Positions 29,853 through 37,622 of a stretch of DNA of 64,000 bases are shown piece by piece. Origin of the DNA: an uncultured Gammaproteobacteria bacterium. GTDB lineage: Bacteria > Patescibacteriota > Microgenomatia > UBA10105 > UBA927. The translations under genes were made by a program, and so were the position numbers. Location of the stretch: NCBI GenBank assembly GCA_964394685.1, contig CAYMYO010000002.1, positions 34,148 to 98,147 of the forward strand, written 5' to 3'. The notes below the pieces were generated by a model. That model had not been told where the DNA came from, searched no databases, and was given only the letters and a program-made list of their open reading frames with translations. How positions within the stretch are numbered: position 1 is the stretch's first letter; each line of letters opens with the position of its first letter.

Positions 29853-30179
29853 TTATATTTCTGTCAATCGCCGTTGAGCAATGCGCAGTTCTTTTATTGG
29901 TGTTTTTTGTGTCTTTTTCTTGAATGCATGAAGAAGGATATGCTCGCCGTGGAGATGAGTGTAGAAAATTCGAACTTCGGTTTTTCCCCGAATACGAAGT
30001 TCAAAAATATTCTTGGTAATAAATTTTGTGTGGGGGAATGTGAGCCGTGGTCCGTATGCGCGCAGAAGGTCGTACAGATGCAGAAATTTTGCTTTTGTTT
30101 GATCGTCTAAGTTGCTAATAAATTCCTCCACCGGCTTTTCTCCGCGAGCACTCTCGAAGAATCTTACCGTATAAGACAT
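29853..30179 (-). CDS. type II toxin, RelE/HigB (Gp49-like) family
   Basis: FFESARGEKPVEEFISNLDDQTKAKFLHLYDLL...IFYTHLHGEHILLHAF resembles HigB/Gp49 (DUF891); start taken at MSYTV. Confidence 0.6.
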   Translation of the reverse strand: MSYTVRFFESARGEKPVEEFISNLDDQTKAKFLHLYDLLRAYGPRLTFPHTKFITKNIFELRIRGKTEVRIFYTHLHGEHILLHAFKKKTQKTPIKELRIAQRRLTEI

Positions 30180-30226
30180 ACACACGTAGTATAACAAAGC
30201 GGGAGATCATTATTAATTTCCAAAGT

Positions 30227-30547
30227 CTATTTAGATGTTTGCGTGTATTGCCGTATAGATACCAATACCGCAATAAGAAGTATCAAATAGAGTGGGTGGC
30301 GGAGGTTGAGGGAGCGAAGGAGAAAATAGACAATACTTCCGATGGAAATGAGCAGTGCTTCTTTTTTTGAAGCAAAAATAAACATACCTATGCAGAACAT
30401 GATTATTCCAAGAATTGCATAAAAAATACATTGCATCCAGAGATTATCAGGAGTTAAACTATTGATAAACCACGCAAGACCGCATAATCCGACGATAGAA
30501 AAGATAAGATAATTAATATTCCTTTCTTTATGAAAAAACCGCTTCAT
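30227..30547 (-). CDS. hypothetical membrane protein
   Basis: 106 aa, 3 TM helices. Confidence 0.4.
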   Translation of the reverse strand: MKRFFHKERNINYLIFSIVGLCGLAWFINSLTPDNLWMQCIFYAILGIIMFCIGMFIFASKKEALLISIGSIVYFLLRSLNLRHPLYLILLIAVLVSIRQYTQTSK

Positions 30548-31499
30548 GGTAGTATTGTACTACGAATCTATGGATATCCTGCTTATAGTTCTTGCAATTG
30601 TTGTTGGATTCATTCTTTTATATATTTTACTTCGTTTTGAACGCATCAATCAAGCAGTATCAGATTCAATACGCGGTCAAACCGGCGATGTAGCTAAAAT
30701 GCTGCAGATGAACACGCGACAGCTCAATGAACGTTTGGACACTGCTTCACAGGTCATCGGAGATCTCAAAAAAAATCTCGGAGAAATGAGCGAAGTCGGG
30801 AAAGGGATCAGAAGTCTTCAGGAATTTCTGCAGTCCCCAAAACTACGGGGCAATATCGGTGAACAGGTGCTGGCTGACATGATCGGTCAGACATTTCCTA
30901 AAAAATCATTTCATCTGCAATACGCGTTCAGGTCAGGAGTAAAAGTGGATGCGGTGTTAGAAACTGATGCAGGACTTCTCTGTATTGATTCCAAATTTCC
31001 CATGGAAAACTTTACGATTATGCATAAAGGAGAGACAGAGTTGGAACGGAACCAGGCAAAAAAAGATTTTGTGAGCGACGTAAAAAAACATATCACGGAT
31101 ATTTCAAAAAAATATATTCTCCCTGAAGAAGGAACCATGGATTTTGCTCTTATGTATATCCCATCAGAATCAGTGTATTACGAGATAGCAAACAACCAGC
31201 CGCTCATGGACATGTCACGGGAGAGCAGGGTGTATCCTGTTTCTCCCAACACACTCTATGCGCATCTTCAGGTGCTACTTTTGTCTTTTCAGGGAAAAGA
31301 GCTGGAAGAACAGTCAAAAGAGGTATTTCGGATACTAAGAGCCATGCAAAAAGATTATGAAAAAGTTGATGAAGCAATTGGAACACTCGGAAAGCATGTA
31401 ACGAATGCATATAACAGCATGAGCACGGTTGCGACCAATGTCGCGCAGCTCGGGCAAAAGCTGGACCGCACGAAGAAAATCTCCGCTCCAGAAAGCTGA
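30546..31499 (+). CDS. rmuC: DNA recombination protein RmuC family
   Basis: N-terminal TM, coiled-coil region, then VDAVLETDAGLLCIDSKFP and FALMYIPSESVYYE resembling the RmuC nuclease-like core. Confidence 0.55.
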   Translation: MVVLYYESMDILLIVLAIVVGFILLYILLRFERINQAVSDSIRGQTGDVAKMLQMNTRQLNERLDTASQVIGDLKKNLGEMSEVGKGIRSLQEFLQSPKLRGNIGEQVLADMIGQTFPKKSFHLQYAFRSGVKVDAVLETDAGLLCIDSKFPMENFTIMHKGETELERNQAKKDFVSDVKKHITDISKKYILPEEGTMDFALMYIPSESVYYEIANNQPLMDMSRESRVYPVSPNTLYAHLQVLLLSFQGKELEEQSKEVFRILRAMQKDYEKVDEAIGTLGKHVTNAYNSMSTVATNVAQLGQKLDRTKKISAPES

Positions 31500-31521
31500 T
31501 TTTGGTGTATACTAAAGCTCT

Positions 31522-32778
31522 ATGCTTCATAAAGTAAAAGAGCAAATAGGCAGCTTTCTCCCAGCGCTCCGGTCCAAAAATTACCGGCTGTATTTTATTG
31601 GTCAGGGAATATCTCTTATTGGCAGTTGGATGCAGATGATAGCGGAACAATGGCTTGTGTATCCAATTTTGACAACAAACAAATCGCTTTTGGGTATCAT
31701 CGGCGCAGTGGGAATGCTTCCAATGCTTGTTTTTGTTCTGTTTGCGGGAGTACTTGTTGATCGGATAAATAAACGGAATGTTTTTTTGCTGTTTCAATAT
31801 GTATATACCGCAATTGCAATTTCGTTATTTTTTCTTATTGCTACGCATCAGATACAACTCTGGCATATATTTGTCGCGGCACTTGTTAGTGGCACTATTT
31901 TGGCATTTGAAAGTCCAACCAGGATGATCTTTGTCATGGATTTGGTTGAGAAAAAAGATCTACCAAGCGCTCTTGCACTCAACCAGGCAATGTTTAACAG
32001 CGCTCGGGCAGTTGGCCCCGCCTTGGCAGGATTTACGATTGCAGCAATCGGTATTGCTCCGACATATTTAGCAAACGGACTCAGCTTTTTTGCGGTGATA
32101 GCAAGTATTTACATGATGCGGTTTCCGAAAATGGAGAATGTCGCTATTCAACATCCGCCGATTCTCAAAGGACTCAAAGAGGGATTTCAATTTATCGGTG
32201 ATCACAAAATATATATCGCGCTTTTGGGGATTGTCGGCATTTTGACATTTTTTTCCTGGCCGATAGCGACCATTCTTCCGGTGTTTGCCCACGATATCTA
32301 TAAAACAGGAGAAGTAGGATTTGGACTATTACAAAGCGCATTTGGCATTGGTGCGGTGTTTGCCGGTTTATCATTTCATACACTGTATGGAAAAGTGACA
32401 AAAAAATATCTGCTTATATATATCGGTATGGCGGTAACAGTGCTGGTATTTAGTGTATTTGCGTGGAGTCCTTGGTTTTGGATGGCACTCGTTACTCAGA
32501 TGTTCGGTGGATGGGCAATATCAACTACCTATGCGACTGCAAATACATTAATTGTGACGACAATTCCCCAAGAATTCCGCGGACGCATGATGAGTATCTA
32601 TATGTTTGTGTTTATGGGCGGTATGCCGTTTGGAGCACTCCTTTCAAGCGGTCTTGTACATCTTGTCGGTGCCCGAATGACTGTCTTTCTTTGCGCGACC
32701 GCAATCCTTGTCGCCGGACTGACCCTCATTCTTTCCCTACGCGAAAAACTCCAAAGCAAAATCATGACAATGGTATAA
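31522..32778 (+). CDS. MFS transporter
   Basis: 12 TM helices; N-terminal LYFIGQGISLIGSWMQ is MFS-like. Confidence 0.65.
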   Translation: MLHKVKEQIGSFLPALRSKNYRLYFIGQGISLIGSWMQMIAEQWLVYPILTTNKSLLGIIGAVGMLPMLVFVLFAGVLVDRINKRNVFLLFQYVYTAIAISLFFLIATHQIQLWHIFVAALVSGTILAFESPTRMIFVMDLVEKKDLPSALALNQAMFNSARAVGPALAGFTIAAIGIAPTYLANGLSFFAVIASIYMMRFPKMENVAIQHPPILKGLKEGFQFIGDHKIYIALLGIVGILTFFSWPIATILPVFAHDIYKTGEVGFGLLQSAFGIGAVFAGLSFHTLYGKVTKKYLLIYIGMAVTVLVFSVFAWSPWFWMALVTQMFGGWAISTTYATANTLIVTTIPQEFRGRMMSIYMFVFMGGMPFGALLSSGLVHLVGARMTVFLCATAILVAGLTLILSLREKLQSKIMTMV

Positions 32779-33723
32779 CTATTCTCTTTTTTTCAGCCAC
32801 TTAACAACAGTTTCTACTAGTTCATCTTCTCTTCCCAAAAAATTATGAACAGCATTTTTTATAACAAATGCACTGAAATCTTTTGAGGCAGTTCTTTCTC
32901 TAATAAGTTCTATAGCTTTTTTTTGTTCTATTCCTGTAGCTACATCATTCTCCGGATTAATCACGACGATAGGAAGTTTTATTTTGTTAAAATTTTTGTA
33001 TTCTTTCTCCGGATGCGTTCCGTTGAAAACAAAACAGTTATTGTTCGGATTTGTATAATTCCAGAAAGTAGCTGCAGAAATCGGACAATTACTCCAGAGA
33101 CGAATAGGCATTAAATCCTTTCCTTTTCCGTCGTCAATCATACGTTTGGCAATCAGAGAATATTTTGGCCAATCAGTGATGCTAGAGTCGAACTGATAAT
33201 GAACATCTGCGGTGGTTAATAAAATTATTTTCGACACCGGATGATCGGGAATATTTACTAAATAATAACAAATTTTGTGAGGACCCAAGCTGTGTCCTTG
33301 TAAAATAATTTCAGAATAACCTAAGTTTTGAACATAACTGATTACACCCTGAAGATCATATACAGAGTCTTCAAGAATATCGAACATTGAACCACCCTGT
33401 TCCCAAATGAAACCAGTTGAAGTTTTTTTAATTAGATCCGCCATATAATCATGTCCGCGATTGTTGAATGTAAGAAACGCATACCCGTTGCGCGGGTAAT
33501 TCTCTCCCATTATTGTTACAAAATGATTTTGAATAAAATGTCCTTCTTTTCCGTGGACATGAACTATTATTTTGTTAGATGGTTTTGGAGGTTCGAAAAG
33601 AATGCAATCGAGTTCGATACCGTCAGTAGAATACGTTTTGTGCAGGGTAACTTGAGAAGCATGATGAATTTTCATAATAGCAATTATAACATTTTTAGTT
33701 TTGCATCGTAATTTCATTGCCAA
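32779..33723 (-). CDS. alpha/beta hydrolase (paralog of 19551-20465)
   Basis: GHSLG nucleophile elbow; HVHGKEGHF...FNNRGHDY shared with the paralog. Confidence 0.55.
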   Translation of the reverse strand: MAMKLRCKTKNVIIAIMKIHHASQVTLHKTYSTDGIELDCILFEPPKPSNKIIVHVHGKEGHFIQNHFVTIMGENYPRNGYAFLTFNNRGHDYMADLIKKTSTGFIWEQGGSMFDILEDSVYDLQGVISYVQNLGYSEIILQGHSLGPHKICYYLVNIPDHPVSKIILLTTADVHYQFDSSITDWPKYSLIAKRMIDDGKGKDLMPIRLWSNCPISAATFWNYTNPNNNCFVFNGTHPEKEYKNFNKIKLPIVVINPENDVATGIEQKKAIELIRERTASKDFSAFVIKNAVHNFLGREDELVETVVKWLKKRE

Positions 33724-33761
33724 CTCAAATAATTTCTAACCGGTGCTATAATCGTTTAAGA

Positions 33762-36629
33762 ATGAAATCACTATCTTCGCAAGAAAGAATTTTAAATAAA
33801 GAACAGAGAAAAGCCGTTCGGTTTGGGAGTGGGCCGCTTTTGATTATCGCAGGCGCGGGCACCGGAAAAACAACAGTGATAACGGAACGGATCAAATATC
33901 TGATTTTATCTAAAAAAGCACATCCTCAAGAAATTCTCGCCCTCACGTTTACGGAAAAAGCGTCCCGAGAAATGGAAGAGCGGATTGATTTGGCAATGCC
34001 ATACGGAACCACACAAATGTGGATCTCAACATTTCATGCATTTTGCGACCGAATACTTCGAAATGAAAGTCTTGCGATAGGGCTGGATCCAAATTATAAA
34101 CTCATGGGGGAAGCAGAGACCATTCAGTTTTATAAAGATCATCTCTTTGATTTCACCTTATCGTATTTCCGCCCGCTCGGAAATCCGACGAAATTTATTT
34201 CCGGCATGCTCCAACATTTTAATAGGCTGAAAGATGAAGACATAGATCCGACTACATATATTTCCTGGGTACAGAAACAAAAAGCATTTGAAAGCGAGGA
34301 AAAGAATAAATACATAGAATTAGCCAACGCATACAGGAAATACGAAGAATTAAAAATAAAAGAGAGTGTGGTTGATTATTCGGATCTTATCGCTAATACT
34401 CTCAAATTATTCCGCTCACGTAAAAAAATTCTTGAGGGATACCAAAAACAATTTAAATATATTTTGATTGATGAATTTCAGGATACGAATATTGCGCAGA
34501 ACGAACTGGCAATCCTTTTAGCTGGCAAAAGGCAGAATCTTACCGTTGTTTTCGATGACGATCAAAGTATTTATAAATTCCGCGGGAGTTCAATGTCAAA
34601 TACCATGCAATTTACAAAACGATTCAAAAAGTCGAAGATTATTGTTCTCACCAAAAACTACCGTTCGAGTCAGGAAATTCTTGATAGGTCCTATGACCTT
34701 ATTCAGCATAATAATCCGGATCGGTTGGAGGTTGTTGAAAAAATAAATAAGAGACTTGAATGTATTCGAAGAGTAAACGGAGAAAAAATTGAAGTACTCT
34801 ATACAGAGCGGGTTGAGGATGAAGCGGAAGCGGTGGCAAAAGAAATTAAAAAAACGATTGAACACGGTAGTACTTACAAAGATATCGCGATTCTAGTGCG
34901 TGCGAACAATCACGCAGAACCATTTGTTCGGGCACTATCGAGAGCCGGTATTCCATATCAATTCTTAGGCCCCGGGCAGCTATTTAAGCAACCAGAAGTA
35001 AAAGACATCATCGCATATTTAAAAGTACTCTATGATATCCACGATAGTGTTGCCATGTACCGGGTGCTTACCATGGACGTATTCAAGATATCTCCTCGGG
35101 ATGTCGCTGAAATTGTCTCCTATGCAAAACAACACGCAATTTCCATTTTTTCAGCCTGTGAAGAACAACAAGAAAAGATTTTGACAGTAAAACCAGTGGT
35201 TGCGATGATTTATAAACATCTCGGGCTCATTAAAAACGAAACTGCTGGACAGATTGCCTATTACTTTTTACAAGAATCCGGATTATTAAAAGAATTTACC
35301 ACCATTGATACCACAAAAGAACAGCGTAAAGCTGAAAATATCGCAGCGTTTTTCGATAAACTCAAAACATATGAAGTTGATCACGATGACGCAAGTATCT
35401 TTCGTGTTGTTGACTGGCTTGATTTGTCCATGGATCTTGGAGAATCACCACGTGCTGTCAATTCCGATTGGAATGAGGTAGATGCGGTGAACATATTGAC
35501 AATCCATTCAGCAAAAGGTCTGGAATTCCCAATTGTATTTTTGGTCAACCTTGTAAGCGCCCGGTTTCCAACAAATGAGCGTCATGAACAAATTCCCATT
35601 CCTGACGAGCTTGTGAAAGAAATTCTTCCTGTTGGAGACTATCATCTTGAAGAAGAACGCAGACTTTTTTACGTCGGGATGACGCGGGCACGGGATATGT
35701 TATACATGACCGGAGCCCAGTTTTATGGTGACGGAAAACGCGAGAAAAAAATTTCACCATTCGTCGAAGAAGCGATAGGAGAAAAACCCTCCTTCTCCGC
35801 CAGCTGGCGGATTCGGGCGAGCAAGCAACTTTTTCTTATTGATTGGAAACAAGAAAAAGAATCACAGAAAAAAATAACTACACCTCCGGTATCGTATCTT
35901 TGGTATACACATATAGAATCATTTCGCAGGTGCCCCTTGCAATATAAATACCGGTACGTTATCAAAATCCCTGTTCCAACATCGGCGGTTCTTGGGTTTG
36001 GGGATATCATGCATAAAACCATGCAGGAGTTTTATCAACAAGTGATGAAAGGAAAACATCCGACAAAAGAAACGCTTCTTTTAATCTATGAAAATAAATG
36101 GTCCGCCAGTGGGCGGATTGGTTTTAAGATTGAAACATATGAAAAAGAAATGAAGAAACACGGTGAAGAACTTCTTAAAGAATATTTTGTAAAGGGATAT
36201 GACCAAAAAACTAAAACAATTGCAGTAGAACAGAGATTTAAGATTAAAATCTCAAACGAGATTACTCTTGGAGGAAGAATTGACAGAGTTGATAGAAAAC
36301 CTGACGGATCCTTGGAGATCATTGACTATAAAACAGGTGCTGCACCAAAAAAGCGAGATGTATCAGAAGATTTTCAGCTGTCTCTGTACGCGCTTGCGGC
36401 TACTGACAAAGGAGTGTTCGGAGAAATATCAGAGAATATCATGGTTTCATTTTATTTTTTCGAAGGTCAGGAGTGCATGAGCGCGACACGGTCAAAAGAA
36501 CAGTTAGAAAAAGTAAAAGATGAGATAGTGAGTACTGCACAGGCAATGGGAACAAGTGAATTTCAACCAACACAAGGAATGTACTGCGCGTTTTGTGAAT
36601 TCAGGCTTTTGTGTGAGGCGTGGAAGTGA
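33762..36629 (+). CDS. UvrD/PcrA-family helicase fused to a C-terminal PD-(D/E)xK Cas4/AddB-like Fe-S nuclease domain
   Basis: Walker A AGAGTGKTTV; helicase motifs DEFQDTN, VGMTRAR; C-terminal RRCPLQYKY...IDYKTG...CAFCEFRLLC is a four-Cys Cas4-like nuclease; ATG at 33762 preferred over TTG at 33717; contains the in-frame GC palindrome at 35797. Confidence 0.75.
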   Translation: MKSLSSQERILNKEQRKAVRFGSGPLLIIAGAGTGKTTVITERIKYLILSKKAHPQEILALTFTEKASREMEERIDLAMPYGTTQMWISTFHAFCDRILRNESLAIGLDPNYKLMGEAETIQFYKDHLFDFTLSYFRPLGNPTKFISGMLQHFNRLKDEDIDPTTYISWVQKQKAFESEEKNKYIELANAYRKYEELKIKESVVDYSDLIANTLKLFRSRKKILEGYQKQFKYILIDEFQDTNIAQNELAILLAGKRQNLTVVFDDDQSIYKFRGSSMSNTMQFTKRFKKSKIIVLTKNYRSSQEILDRSYDLIQHNNPDRLEVVEKINKRLECIRRVNGEKIEVLYTERVEDEAEAVAKEIKKTIEHGSTYKDIAILVRANNHAEPFVRALSRAGIPYQFLGPGQLFKQPEVKDIIAYLKVLYDIHDSVAMYRVLTMDVFKISPRDVAEIVSYAKQHAISIFSACEEQQEKILTVKPVVAMIYKHLGLIKNETAGQIAYYFLQESGLLKEFTTIDTTKEQRKAENIAAFFDKLKTYEVDHDDASIFRVVDWLDLSMDLGESPRAVNSDWNEVDAVNILTIHSAKGLEFPIVFLVNLVSARFPTNERHEQIPIPDELVKEILPVGDYHLEEERRLFYVGMTRARDMLYMTGAQFYGDGKREKKISPFVEEAIGEKPSFSASWRIRASKQLFLIDWKQEKESQKKITTPPVSYLWYTHIESFRRCPLQYKYRYVIKIPVPTSAVLGFGDIMHKTMQEFYQQVMKGKHPTKETLLLIYENKWSASGRIGFKIETYEKEMKKHGEELLKEYFVKGYDQKTKTIAVEQRFKIKISNEITLGGRIDRVDRKPDGSLEIIDYKTGAAPKKRDVSEDFQLSLYALAATDKGVFGEISENIMVSFYFFEGQECMSATRSKEQLEKVKDEIVSTAQAMGTSEFQPTQGMYCAFCEFRLLCEAWK
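35797..35810. repeat. GC palindrome type A (CCGCCAGCTGGCGG) inside the helicase-nuclease gene
   Basis: Perfect 14-bp palindrome translated as SASWR. Confidence 0.5.
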
Positions 36630-37574
36630 TTAATTCTTGTCATGCTGAACTCGTTTCAGCATCTGTCTGAAAACAGCTGGGATCCCGAAACAAGTTCGGG
36701 ATGACAAAATAGCTGAAATAGGGTAATAGAGTGAAGCTCCTCCAAAACCCTCTTTAAATTTCGTAAATCCTTTCCATTCGAAAAATTGCTTTGGCTTTCG
36801 TTCATCCCATACACCAATAAAGTCAAATACGGTACACTTTCGCTTTTTTCCAATTTTAAGCGCATGCCATATAAGAAGTGTCGGCGCAAATAGCCTTTTT
36901 CCTTCATGAGTTGCTCCAGCAATCCAATAAAACGCAGTGTTATTCCAAAATAGTAACAATATGCCGGCAACGACGCGATCAGTATTGGTTTTAGCAAGAA
37001 GAATCGTCGCGTGTTTTGGATAGAATAATTTCCAAAGACGGTCAATGCCATGCGTGGTAATGCCACCAAACATTCCCGCGCCCTTGGATTTAATAGCTAT
37101 TAAATCGTTAATATCATGAGACTCTACAATCGTAAGGTTATTTTTTTCCGCTTTCCGAACAGCCCTGCGTTTAGCAGATGTAAATTTGGAAAATAGTTCT
37201 TTTGTACTTCCTGATAGGTCAATAACAATAGTTTTCGTTGGAATAAATGGGGAAGTCATGATGTGAAAAAACTTCGAAAGAGATGAAAGATATTTATTAA
37301 ATTCTTCTTGCGATACATCTTCTTTCGGTTCAACACTTAGTTGAGTTACGCGGAGTTTTTTTAGTGTCATAACCATTTTTGGGAGATAGGGAAGATGTTC
37401 AGGTCGTTGAAGCTTTGCAAGAGTTCCAATGAGCGGAATGCGGCGGTAAAAAATAGCAGTGCCATCAATAGTCGCTACGTTCCAATGCAATGCTTTAATA
37501 TACGCTTGATAAAGAGAGGATTGTTGCAGTTCCATAATTTTTCTTGTCATCCCGAATTTATTTCGGGATCCCAT
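36630..37574 (-). CDS. FemABX-family peptidyl/aminoacyl transferase (peptidoglycan bridge formation), paralog 1
   Basis: GATHEGKRLFAPTLLIWHALKIGKKRKCTVFDFIGVW...WKGFTKFKEGFGG is FemABX/GNAT-like; the first 13 codons (MGSRNKFGMTRKI, start from the element's ATGACAA terminus) and the last 24 codons lie inside family-1 elements; the native start is probably MELQQ at 37535. Confidence 0.6.
   Translation of the reverse strand: MGSRNKFGMTRKIMELQQSSLYQAYIKALHWNVATIDGTAIFYRRIPLIGTLAKLQRPEHLPYLPKMVMTLKKLRVTQLSVEPKEDVSQEEFNKYLSSLSKFFHIMTSPFIPTKTIVIDLSGSTKELFSKFTSAKRRAVRKAEKNNLTIVESHDINDLIAIKSKGAGMFGGITTHGIDRLWKLFYPKHATILLAKTNTDRVVAGILLLFWNNTAFYWIAGATHEGKRLFAPTLLIWHALKIGKKRKCTVFDFIGVWDERKPKQFFEWKGFTKFKEGFGGASLYYPISAILSSRTCFGIPAVFRQMLKRVQHDKN
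36638..36707. mobile_element. 70-bp twin-hairpin TIR element (family 1), copy 3; translated as the C-terminal 24 aa and stop of fem paralog 1
   Basis: TTGTCAT-[GCTGAA-ctcgt-TTCAGC]-atctgtctgaaaacagctg-[GGATCCCGAA-acaag-TTCGGGAT]-GACAA; the minus-strand frame reads SSRTCFGIPAVFRQMLKRVQHDKN*. Confidence 0.6.
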
Positions 37575-37614
37575 CCGTTTTCAGATGGATGCTGAAACAA
37601 GTTCAGCATGACAA
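37545..37614. mobile_element. 70-bp twin-hairpin TIR element (family 1), copy 4, between the two fem paralogs
   Basis: TTGTCAT-[CCCGAA-tttat-TTCGGG]-atcccatccgttttcagatgg-[ATGCTGAA-acaag-TTCAGCAT]-GACAA; an extra partial hairpin-B arm (ttatttcagcatc) at 37626-37638 provides the KMLK* end of paralog 2. Confidence 0.6.
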
Positions 37615-37622
37615 TACACAAG

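Noticed and set aside
33717-33761. TTG start at 33717 for the helicase-nuclease
   Set aside because: The ATG at 33762 (MKSLSSQER...) sits right before the conserved helicase N-terminus. The TTG extension adds 15 non-conserved residues.
36656-37595. ORFs ending in CHPELVSGS...SD(G/R)C (36656-37069, 37395-37595) as a conserved peptide family
   Set aside because: The shared peptide is simply the family-1 repeat read in one frame. These ORFs overlap the better-supported Fem genes on the same strand in another frame.
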